From NCBI GenBank assembly GCA_036337435.1, contig JAYZEG010000038.1:1-44651 (forward strand): 44,651 nt of DNA, in the 5' to 3' direction. The position numbers were made by a program, and so were the translations under genes. Positions 9,919 to 18,937 of the stretch are shown here, one piece after another. Positions within the stretch are counted from its first letter, which is position 1. The number at the start of each line of letters is the position of its first letter. The DNA comes from Myxococcota bacterium (GTDB lineage: Bacteria > Myxococcota_A > Bradymonadia > UBA7976 > UBA1532). The notes beneath the pieces were generated by a model. It did no database searches. It worked only from the letters and a program-made list of their open reading frames with translations, and had not been told where the DNA came from.

Positions 9919-10108
9919 GTGACGCATTTTGAACTCAGCCTCTAGCCCATCGGCTCAGTCGTCGGTTACATCCAGACACACTCTTTAGCGATACGGGCGG
10001 TACACAGACGTATTTTGCTCTCATCGAGTGCCACTGCATTTGAGCTTTTCTACTCCCTCGTGGTCTTTTTGACGACAAAAGTGGTCCTGGAGCAGTTCCT
10101 AAATTGTC

Positions 10109-13100
10109 GTGAGCGTGTATAAAGTGCCAATAATGGACACATCTGACCCCAAAAAACTGAGAAACTACCTCGAGGGACGCGTTCCCAACGACTTGGTAGA
10201 CCAAGTCATTGACCATTTGGAATCCCAAGAGATGCGTTTGAGTGAGGCCCCCGACCCCGAAGAAGGGATGGTGTCAATCGAGGCGGAACAGTCGGCCATC
10301 GATCCGGACAAAACCATCAGTCACACTCAGGCGTTTGGTGAACGGAGCCATATCGCGCGCATGCCCACACTATCCCATGCGGTAGGCGGCGCGCTGGATC
10401 TCATTTTGCCCGTGTCTGAAAGCCCCGGACGTAAGGCACCAACATTGCTTGATGCCGGCACGCAAATTAAGCACTTCCAGGTTGGGCGACTCCTTGGTCG
10501 CGGTGGTATGGGTGAGGTCTACCTGGCCAGAGACACGCAACTTGGCCGTAAAGTCGCTCTCAAGGTCATCAAGCCTGAACATGTTCGTGACGAGAATGCG
10601 CTGGAACGTTTCCTACAAGAAGCGCGATTGACAGCACGCTTCAACCATCCGCATATCGTCACGATTTATGCGGTTGGACAACATGAAGGCCTACCCTACG
10701 TTGCGTTGGAATATTTAGAAGGCCAAGACCTGAGTCAGCGACTGAAAGATGACGGGCTTAGCTTACAGGAGAGTTTACGGATTTGCTTGGCTGTCGCGGA
10801 TGCCGTGGAGGAAGCCCATCGCCACGGGATTCTGCATCGTGACTTAAAGCCGGCAAACATTCTGATTCCACGTGACGGGCGAGTTCGCGTTGTGGACTTT
10901 GGTCTCGCCCTCGAATTCGTTGAACCTGTTCTCACGGATGGGGTGGGTCTTGACCTCGGTCCGACCAATCAGCTCAGCGGTCAGCGCGTCGCGGGTACAC
11001 CGGCCTATATGGCCCCTGAACAATGGCGCGGTGAAGAATGTCAGCCCGAGACCGACATTTGGGCGTTGGGGGTGATTTTACATGAGCTCTTATGCGGTGT
11101 GAGACCCTATGCCGCCAAGCAGAGCTTCAATTTGGGCATGGAGGTTTGCAACGATGACCCCGTTCCTCTCAATCCAGTTCTAAAGGGCTTACCACCGAGA
11201 ATTTCGTCGCTGATAGCTCAATGTTTGGCGAAGAAACCGGACGAACGACCATCGGTTATGGCCTTTACGGAGTGCTTGACAACGGTCTTGGCTGACGGAC
11301 GTCCCCTCGCCCCAGTTGAAGAAAGCCCATTTCGCGGGCTATTGCCATTCTCAGAACGCCACTCAAATCTCTTTTTCGGGCGTGACACTGAACTCAATAC
11401 CTGCATGGAACGATTGCGCTATGAGTCGTCTTTAGTTGTCGTCGGTCCGTCGGGCGCCGGAAAAACCTCTTTTGTCCAAGCGGGTCTCATCCCTCGTCTT
11501 CGCGAAAACAGTGATTGGCGCGTTGTGAGAATGCGGCCAGGAGATGCACCCATCTCTCGCTTGGCAGCCCGTTTACTGACTGCCCACAACGAGGAGTCGG
11601 CAAGTCATACCGTTGGTGATACCATCAATGACCAAAGTTTGACTGGGTCGACGGACCTCACAGACATCGACTCCCGACAGGTTGAGATTGAAACCCTCGC
11701 ACAGAAATTACGCGACAGTCCCAATAAAGTCGGTCTCGGACTCAATACACTTGCTCAGCAGACGCAACAGCGGGTGTTGCTTGTCGTCGATCAATTGGAG
11801 GAGTTGTTTACCCTGTGTCCGGACCAGGATGAACGCATCAAGTTTATCGAAGCCATTAGTAATGCCGGCGATGAATCGGGGGATCCGATTCGGGTTGTGT
11901 GTACCATTCGTGATGACTTCCTGGGGCACCTGGCTCGGGCCGGTGAATCGGCTCGGCGGTTGCTTGAACATATCATGCTCTTGGACCCACCCAACAAAGA
12001 TGCGCTGAAAGATGTGCTCACACTCCCACTCATGCGGGTCGGCTACCGATTTGATGACCCCGACCTGCCAGATGAGATGGTCAATGCAGTTGACGATGCG
12101 ACCAGTCTGCCTTTGCTGCAGTTCGTTGCCCGTTCACTGTGGGAGAAACGCGATCAAGTCCACCATACATTACGGCGAGTCGACTACGAATCGATGGGCG
12201 GGGTCGAAGGCGCCCTGGCTCGCCATGCAGATGGCGTTCTTCATGGACTCGCCCAAGATCAAATGAAGACAGCACGATCGCTTTTACTCAGATTGGTGAC
12301 GCCCGAAGGAACACGGCGCGTTTGTTCGGAAGCGCAATTATTGGATGGGTTGCCTGCTGGTACGCGCGTCGTCTACGAACGGTTGACCAAGTCTCGACTC
12401 TTGTCCATGAGACGCAGTAGCGAATCTGACGATGGCTCAGCTCGACTGGAACTGGCTCATGAGTCCTTGATTCACACGTGGGATAAATTGGCCCGTTGGA
12501 TCGACGAAAGCAAAGAGGAACTGATTATTTTGGCGGAGGTGACTCAGGCCGCCGAACTTTGGGAGAAAAGAGGGCGACACCAAGAGGAATTATGGAGCGG
12601 GGCCGGCCTTGATGAGGCCATGCGCATTCTCGGCCGAGGCCAGAACCTTCTGCCAGCTTTAACAGAAGAATTTCTTGAGATGGGCAAGGCAGTCCATGAA
12701 ATAAAGCGCCGTAGACGCCGTTTCTGGACAGCGGCGATTCCCACTATCCTGATTATCATCACAGCAATTCTCGCCTTACAGAAGTTCGATGCTGAAGAGT
12801 CGAGAGAGCAGTCAGAACGGGGTCGTCAGCAAGCATTGCATCAGCGAAAGACGGCTGAAGAGCAGCGGCGGCAGGCGCAGAGCCGTCAAGTCGATGCACT
12901 GAGGGAGAGTGCTCAGGCCGCTTTTGAGCGAGGTGCCTACCTTGAATCACGGGCGAAGCTGCGCCAAGGTTTGGAATTGCTTGGTGCTGACCACACATCG
13001 TTTCTTGGCCTATGGTGGCAGCTGGCCCGTATCTCCGAGCTATGGTCTATTCGAACGGGACAATTTCACTATCATGTCGCCATGTCAGGAAACGGCCGCC

Positions 13101-15769
13101 AACTGGCCATTTCATCGGTGAATGGATCCGTTGAATTAGTCGATGTTGAGACCAGTCACCGTCGTCTACTGCGAGGTCATAAAGATCAAGTCTTGCGATC
13201 GGTCTTTGATCCCAGCGATCAAATGCTTGCATCCGGTGGCCTGGGCCCCTTCATTCGCCTATGGAATGTCAATTCGGCCCGCCAGCTCCAAACGTTGCCT
13301 GCACCCCACGGCATCGTGCGGGTCATCCGTTTCTCGCCCGATGGACGGTATCTTGCGGTCTGTGCGGACAGAGCAAACCTGCGAGTCTATGATCTGGTAG
13401 ACAAAACCTTCAAAGACCACACTCTCCCCGATCAGATGAAGGTCTATGATTTGACCGGTGTAGACCAATCGGATTTTCTGATGGCTGTTCGACTCGATGG
13501 CCCATTAATCTTGACGAAGCTCAGCGATCCAAGCAGTCGCCGCGAGGTCGGAACCAGCCTTGAGCTCATGGACATCGTCCGCTTTAGTCCCGACGGGACA
13601 GCCTTTGCACACCGGCAGATGTCCAATGATTTGAGCGTTTGGAACGTGAAATCACTCCAGCGCATCGCGCGGTTTAAGGCCAATAATGTGCGTTCGCACT
13701 CGTTTGGCTTCAATGCGGCGGCAACCCACTTTGTCTTCGAGAATGCAGCACAGGACCTCGAGGTCATCGAGCTTGGTAAGAATAAAAGACGGGGTCGAGT
13801 GCCCAATGATGGCCAGCAAATCGGATTCGTCGCTGTTTCTCCCGATGGCCAGCACGTGGCCGACACAGGCTCCGACTACATCCGATACTCGAGGGGCGAT
13901 TTATTGGAAGCACCTCGGAATGATGTCCTTGCCGTTCCGTCGCTGTACGGCCTTGCCGTCGACCATACGGGGAAACGCTTGGCCGTCACCACGGCAAACC
14001 AAGAGTTGAGCCTCTGGGACGGCTCAACGGGCCGTAAAATTGAGTCGTTTACCCAGAAAACAGGCGGGAAACGCGACGCCGTTGATTTTAGTCCCGATGG
14101 ACAGCATTTGGCGTGGTTATCAGAGGACGGTGACATCACGGTTTGGGATCTCGAAAAAAATCGCCGATTCTCGAAATTCGAGGGCATCAGGGGTGAGCCA
14201 ATGGGGCTGCGCTATGATTCCAGCGGTCAGACCCTCATCGCCGTGACCAGTGGGGGTGTTTGGACCCTCGACGTCCCCAAGTATACCCTTCGATTCAAGC
14301 GTGTGTCTGATGTGCAATTGCAACGAACGGTGTCTCTGTCACGAAACGGCACCCAGGCTATCATCGGTGTCGGAGCCTCCGATGGGTCTCGAGGCTACGG
14401 GGAATTGTGGAACTTGAACAGCGGATGGACACCAAAACGACTGATGACAAGCTCGTCGTTCATTTCCAGTGTGGCCTTTGACCCGAGGGATCAATGGCTT
14501 GCCACCGGAGGCTTCGACGGGCGCTTGAATTTGTGGACTAAAGCCGGTGTCTTGACTCAGAAACTCATCGGTGACGGGCCGAGAATTAATGCCTTAGATG
14601 TCCATCCAAGTGGCGACCGACTTGCCATTGCGCAGGCCGATGGCCAGTCTCGAATAAAATGGGTGTCAAGTGACCGAGATATCCGCTTGCAGGGCCATGT
14701 TCACGAAGTTAATCACGTGGCGTTCAGTGGTGATGGGCACCGATTGGCGAGTGCCGGTGACGATGGTACGCTCCGGTTGTGGGATGCCAGTACAGGCCGT
14801 CCCATTTGGTCGACCACCGCTTTATTGCCCAGACCGGCCAGAATCTTGACCCATGAAGGTTGGCGTTCAATGGAGGAATCACGTCGGTCGGATGCCGTAT
14901 TGACGGGGGCCGATTGGGCCGAGATGCTCCAAAAGGATGGGCGTTTAGCGTCATCGACTGCGTCAGGAGAGACGCTTTGTGTACACACCCATGGCAATCA
15001 ATTAGAGCTTTGGAACACGCAGTCGGACCGCCGTGTTTGGTCTGGCCACTTAAATGGCCTGCAAACCCTTCTGGCAGTCGATGACAGCTGCGTGGTGCTG
15101 ACTCATGATGCGGTTTTACGCTACGGTTCAGACGGCCGAGCCAGTCAATTTCATACCCAACAGAATCCAACAGCAATTTCCACCTTTGACGAGGGCATCT
15201 TAGTTGCCAGTGATGGGCGAATTTATATTTACAGTCTGGACTTCAAATTGCGCGAAAGTCACTTATTCAGTCCGGGGATCAGCGCGATGACATTAACGAC
15301 GGCGGCCCAAGATGGATCTCGTCAACTCATTGTGGGCTTTGAGGATGGCAGCGTCGAGACTCTCCAGATTGGTGAGGGGTTGAACGAGAAACGGTCTACG
15401 TCAGTCTATCGTGCATCGGCCGGCGTCAGTCGGATCATCAATATTCCAAGTGGCTTACTTGGTATCGGCTATGCCAACGGACAGGTGGTCCTCTGGGATT
15501 TGGCGACTCAGAAAGTGTTGAGCCAAGTACAGCTCCACGGGTCGGTGCGGTACCTGCTCGCTCAAGACAACGCACTTCATGCGGCCACGGACCTAGGGCA
15601 ATCTTTCACTTGGGACCTGACTGCCTTTGGACAGGGACGCTGCCAGTTGATGGACGATGTCTGGTCGATGGTGCCTGTGACTTGGTCTCGGGGCCAACCT
15701 GTGGAATCCCCGGTTCCACTCATGCACTCTTGTCATGAATCCAAAGACGGGCAAAAAGAGTCGCGTTAA
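10109..15769 (+). CDS. Ser/Thr protein kinase + nSTAND-type P-loop NTPase + TM helix + WD40 beta-propellers
   Basis: Kinase motifs LGRGGMGEVY, VALK, HRDLKPAN, DFG and GTPAYMAPE. NTPase motifs SPFRGLLPF, FFGR, Walker A GPSGAGKTS, Walker B VVDQLEELF, LPLLQF, GGVEGAL and ELAHESL. KRRRRR-FWTAAIPTILIIITAILAL TM segment. Many GH...WD/WN repeats. Alternative start at ATG 10133. Confidence 0.92.
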   Translation: MSVYKVPIMDTSDPKKLRNYLEGRVPNDLVDQVIDHLESQEMRLSEAPDPEEGMVSIEAEQSAIDPDKTISHTQAFGERSHIARMPTLSHAVGGALDLILPVSESPGRKAPTLLDAGTQIKHFQVGRLLGRGGMGEVYLARDTQLGRKVALKVIKPEHVRDENALERFLQEARLTARFNHPHIVTIYAVGQHEGLPYVALEYLEGQDLSQRLKDDGLSLQESLRICLAVADAVEEAHRHGILHRDLKPANILIPRDGRVRVVDFGLALEFVEPVLTDGVGLDLGPTNQLSGQRVAGTPAYMAPEQWRGEECQPETDIWALGVILHELLCGVRPYAAKQSFNLGMEVCNDDPVPLNPVLKGLPPRISSLIAQCLAKKPDERPSVMAFTECLTTVLADGRPLAPVEESPFRGLLPFSERHSNLFFGRDTELNTCMERLRYESSLVVVGPSGAGKTSFVQAGLIPRLRENSDWRVVRMRPGDAPISRLAARLLTAHNEESASHTVGDTINDQSLTGSTDLTDIDSRQVEIETLAQKLRDSPNKVGLGLNTLAQQTQQRVLLVVDQLEELFTLCPDQDERIKFIEAISNAGDESGDPIRVVCTIRDDFLGHLARAGESARRLLEHIMLLDPPNKDALKDVLTLPLMRVGYRFDDPDLPDEMVNAVDDATSLPLLQFVARSLWEKRDQVHHTLRRVDYESMGGVEGALARHADGVLHGLAQDQMKTARSLLLRLVTPEGTRRVCSEAQLLDGLPAGTRVVYERLTKSRLLSMRRSSESDDGSARLELAHESLIHTWDKLARWIDESKEELIILAEVTQAAELWEKRGRHQEELWSGAGLDEAMRILGRGQNLLPALTEEFLEMGKAVHEIKRRRRRFWTAAIPTILIIITAILALQKFDAEESREQSERGRQQALHQRKTAEEQRRQAQSRQVDALRESAQAAFERGAYLESRAKLRQGLELLGADHTSFLGLWWQLARISELWSIRTGQFHYHVAMSGNGRQLAISSVNGSVELVDVETSHRRLLRGHKDQVLRSVFDPSDQMLASGGLGPFIRLWNVNSARQLQTLPAPHGIVRVIRFSPDGRYLAVCADRANLRVYDLVDKTFKDHTLPDQMKVYDLTGVDQSDFLMAVRLDGPLILTKLSDPSSRREVGTSLELMDIVRFSPDGTAFAHRQMSNDLSVWNVKSLQRIARFKANNVRSHSFGFNAAATHFVFENAAQDLEVIELGKNKRRGRVPNDGQQIGFVAVSPDGQHVADTGSDYIRYSRGDLLEAPRNDVLAVPSLYGLAVDHTGKRLAVTTANQELSLWDGSTGRKIESFTQKTGGKRDAVDFSPDGQHLAWLSEDGDITVWDLEKNRRFSKFEGIRGEPMGLRYDSSGQTLIAVTSGGVWTLDVPKYTLRFKRVSDVQLQRTVSLSRNGTQAIIGVGASDGSRGYGELWNLNSGWTPKRLMTSSSFISSVAFDPRDQWLATGGFDGRLNLWTKAGVLTQKLIGDGPRINALDVHPSGDRLAIAQADGQSRIKWVSSDRDIRLQGHVHEVNHVAFSGDGHRLASAGDDGTLRLWDASTGRPIWSTTALLPRPARILTHEGWRSMEESRRSDAVLTGADWAEMLQKDGRLASSTASGETLCVHTHGNQLELWNTQSDRRVWSGHLNGLQTLLAVDDSCVVLTHDAVLRYGSDGRASQFHTQQNPTAISTFDEGILVASDGRIYIYSLDFKLRESHLFSPGISAMTLTTAAQDGSRQLIVGFEDGSVETLQIGEGLNEKRSTSVYRASAGVSRIINIPSGLLGIGYANGQVVLWDLATQKVLSQVQLHGSVRYLLAQDNALHAATDLGQSFTWDLTAFGQGRCQLMDDVWSMVPVTWSRGQPVESPVPLMHSCHESKDGQKESR

Positions 15770-15857
15770 AATGCAGCTCGCTTCACAAACCAGATGGGTT
15801 AGTCCTAGGCCCGCTGCGTCTGCAACGGCGTATATTTCCTGAGCACCCGTTGCCGAC

Positions 15858-17309
15858 TTATTGCTCCCTAGACCCTCTACAGTCGATGAGGGCACCACCT
15901 GAGCAATAGAATCGACGGACGTCATTGAGACAGGCGGCCATCGAATCGGGCCAATCTTCGTCAACCCTGCCATCGCAGTCATTGTCTTCACCGTCGCATG
16001 ACCCCACACTTCGTGGCCCTTCAGGAACGCTTGGGACGCCGCCCAGGCACTGGCCCCACGCACCGTTCTCGCACCGTTCTTCTCCAAATTCGCACAAGCC
16101 AATATTGCTGCCGCATGGTCGAGGCATGATTCGCTCATCGACCTGGCCGTCGCAATCATCGTCTTGACCATTGCAGATTTCAGCTGGAACCGCACCGCAT
16201 TGACCGCAGGCGTTTTGGACGCCTTCGTCGGTCTGTCCATCGCAGTCGTTATCGACGCCATCGCACACCTCTGGTTCCGACTGAATCTCGTTGAGGCATT
16301 CGGTCAAGACCCCATTTTCGCATCGGGTTAGGCCCTGCTGACACGCCCCCACATCGGACCCGCACACGCGCTCCAAATTTTCGTCGACCTGACCATCACA
16401 ATCATCATCTAGGCCATTGCAGGTGTCATTGGAGGGGTCGATAGCCCCCTGGCAGTCTTGGAACTCACCGGCAACACACAGTGCTTGGCCTTCAATACAG
16501 CTGCCAGTAGATGACCCGCAGACCTGAACCAGCTGCTCATCGACAATGCCGTCGCAGTCGTCGTCCGCGTTATTGCACTGTTCATCGTGAGGCCCAACCT
16601 CGCCGACGCACGGACCCCATCGGCCTAATACGCAGGATTGCCGCCCTTGTCGGCATGAGCCGATTGCGAGCCCGCAGACTCTCGTGTCCGGTACCCGGCA
16701 GTCACAGCCGCTGTCGACAACCCCATCACAATCATTATCTACCCCGTCGCAGACCTCTTCGGGAAGCAGTCCACAATCACCACAGGCATTGAGCACACCC
16801 TCATCGGTCTGTCCATCGCAATCATTATCTTCACCATCACAGACCTCGTCCGGGACTGGGCCGCAGGCACCACAGTCATTGAGAACACCCTCATCGATTG
16901 AGCCATCACAGTCATTGTCGATCCCGTCACAGACCTCCTCGGGTGGTTGTCCACAGTCACCACAGGCATTGAGAACACCTTCATCAACGCGCCCATCGTT
17001 GTCATCATCGAGTTCGTTACATGTTTCGTTCATGGACGAATCCATGATTTCAACATCGCTCACTTGCATATCGACCAGCATGTCTTTGTCTTCGATTCCG
17101 ATATCCGTCCCGAGCATATCGAGTTCAGGGCTGGGGCTTACATCGGGTCTTGCGCGCGCATCGATGGCAGGAACCAAATTGGCATCATTGACAACTTGGC
17201 GAGCCGCGTCTTGATGATACGCCACCTGCTGTGGGGCCGATACAGTACAGGCCGCGAAGCTCAGTAAGACTGCAACACGAATGAGACGATGTGTGTATCC
17301 TAAATCCAT
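15858..17309 (-). CDS. Cys/Asp-rich lipoprotein with MopE-related putative metal-binding repeats
   Basis: Lipobox LLSFAA-C, acidic D-M/D-A linker, nine ExC(D/N)GxD(N/D)DCDGxxDE-type units. Confidence 0.88.
   Translation of the reverse strand: MDLGYTHRLIRVAVLLSFAACTVSAPQQVAYHQDAARQVVNDANLVPAIDARARPDVSPSPELDMLGTDIGIEDKDMLVDMQVSDVEIMDSSMNETCNELDDDNDGRVDEGVLNACGDCGQPPEEVCDGIDNDCDGSIDEGVLNDCGACGPVPDEVCDGEDNDCDGQTDEGVLNACGDCGLLPEEVCDGVDNDCDGVVDSGCDCRVPDTRVCGLAIGSCRQGRQSCVLGRWGPCVGEVGPHDEQCNNADDDCDGIVDEQLVQVCGSSTGSCIEGQALCVAGEFQDCQGAIDPSNDTCNGLDDDCDGQVDENLERVCGSDVGACQQGLTRCENGVLTECLNEIQSEPEVCDGVDNDCDGQTDEGVQNACGQCGAVPAEICNGQDDDCDGQVDERIMPRPCGSNIGLCEFGEERCENGAWGQCLGGVPSVPEGPRSVGSCDGEDNDCDGRVDEDWPDSMAACLNDVRRFYCSGGALIDCRGSREQ
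15954..17027 (-). repeat. Intragenic MopE-like repeats (9 units; the N-terminal ones have a 90-nt period)
   Basis: Near-identical DNA (e.g. CATTGAG(A/C)ACACC) in blocks starting at about 16771, 16861 and 16951. Confidence 0.85.
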
Positions 17310-17537
17310 GACCTAGAGTATTACATTGACCCTGCATCTCAGGCGATGGGTTTTTTGCTCTGGTTTGCCCTTTTCCAAAGCGCGTATTTGTACTGGGAGA
17401 CCAGGTGTTTGCAATCGAGGTCTCCTCCACGGCGGCTTTGGTCTCGACGCAACGGCCATCCGACGGGTCTACAAGGGACTAGAATCTCTGTCTGAAAGAG
17501 ACCATTGTGTAGGTCACGTCATCAATGGAGTTTCGAA

Positions 17538-18905
17538 ATGAGTCAGACCGGCAAGCCCGAAAACATGATGTTTCAGCCTCAGATCAGCGTCGAGCGCATC
17601 TGTGAGCTCACCGAGACCTTTCGTGCCAATAAAAAACTCCGATTGGCCCAAAATGCGGTCACCCAGACAACCGCTGATGACGTCGCTCTCAATCGGGAGA
17701 TCGTCACCGCGTCGGACTTTACTTTTTCGATAACCCTGGATGATTGGCAGGTGACCAATCAGCAAAAGTCTGGGCGATGCTGGATGTTTGCCGCGCTCAA
17801 TCTTCTGCGTGTCGGCACAATGGACACCTTGAACGTGCGCGACTTTGAATTTAGCCAGAACTACACATTATTTTGGGACAAATTTGAGCGGTCCAACTAT
17901 TTTTTCGAGGAAATCTTATCGACGAGTCATCTCGATGTTGACGATCGATTAATCGCCCACATGCTCAACGAACCTTTAAGCGACGGTGGCCAATGGAATA
18001 TGGCGGTTAACATTATCCGTAAACATGGTCTGGTGCCGAAGCAAGTCATGCCAGAGAGTGAAAGTTCGTCTAACACGAGACGAATGAATGCTATTTTAAA
18101 ATACAAACTCCGAGAGGGTGCGAGGGATTTGAGGGCGGCGGTTCATGATGGGGTGGCCTTGGATCAGCTCCGTGAGAAAAAACACAAGTGTCTCGACGAG
18201 ATTTGGAGAATCCTATGCATCCATCTGGGCACGCCACCCTCTCAATTTGATTGGCAATGGACCGACAAGGACGGGGACTTTCACCGTGATGCCTTGATGA
18301 GCCCCCAAGAATTTGCTGCACGCTACGTGGATATACCAATCGATGATTATGTGTGTCTCGTGCACGACCCACGGCCTGAAAATGAGTACGGCCAGACCTA
18401 TACGGTACAATTTCTTGGCAACGTAATCGGTGGTGATCCTGTGGTCTATCTCAACGTGGAAATGGATCTGATCAAGAAGACGACGCAACGTTTATTGGAA
18501 GAGGGCATCCCCGTTTGGTTTGGGTGCGACGTGGGCCAACACATGAGACGCGACCTCGGACTCTGGGATACCCATTTATTTGATTATGAAAATCTATATG
18601 ACGTTTCTTTTGGCTTGGATAAGGCGGCCCGCTTGCATCATCACGAAACCTTAATGACCCATGCCATGTTATTCACCGGTGTCGACGTACGAGATGGTTG
18701 CCCACGACGCTGGAAGGTTGAAAATAGCTGGGGTGCTGAGATTGGTCGCGATGGTTTCTATCAAATGAACGACTCATGGTTTGATGAGTACGTTTTTGAA
18801 ATTGCGGCACCAAAGTCTATTCTGCCGGATGATTTGATAGACGCTCTCGAGCGCACGCCGAAAGTGCTGCCCGCATGGGATCCAATGGGCGCGCTGGCAC
18901 GTTGA
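17538..18905 (+). CDS. pepC: Aminopeptidase C / bleomycin hydrolase (peptidase C1B)
   Basis: NQQKSGRCWMFA (catalytic Cys), FEFSQNY, DGGQW, MTHAM (His), WKVENSWG (Asn), C-terminal PAWDPMGALA. GGAG precedes ATG 17538. Confidence 0.95.
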   Translation: MSQTGKPENMMFQPQISVERICELTETFRANKKLRLAQNAVTQTTADDVALNREIVTASDFTFSITLDDWQVTNQQKSGRCWMFAALNLLRVGTMDTLNVRDFEFSQNYTLFWDKFERSNYFFEEILSTSHLDVDDRLIAHMLNEPLSDGGQWNMAVNIIRKHGLVPKQVMPESESSSNTRRMNAILKYKLREGARDLRAAVHDGVALDQLREKKHKCLDEIWRILCIHLGTPPSQFDWQWTDKDGDFHRDALMSPQEFAARYVDIPIDDYVCLVHDPRPENEYGQTYTVQFLGNVIGGDPVVYLNVEMDLIKKTTQRLLEEGIPVWFGCDVGQHMRRDLGLWDTHLFDYENLYDVSFGLDKAARLHHHETLMTHAMLFTGVDVRDGCPRRWKVENSWGAEIGRDGFYQMNDSWFDEYVFEIAAPKSILPDDLIDALERTPKVLPAWDPMGALAR

Positions 18906-18937
18906 GCAACCCATGACATCCAGACGGCGGCAGGTAT

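Noticed and set aside
15593..17267. Alternative-frame ORFs (15593-16261, 16684-17214 and others) and the periodic DNA as a CRISPR array
   Set aside because: The periodicity is a multiple of 3 and is explained by protein repeats. There are no identical repeats with unique spacers and no cas genes. The ORFs are shadows of the real gene.
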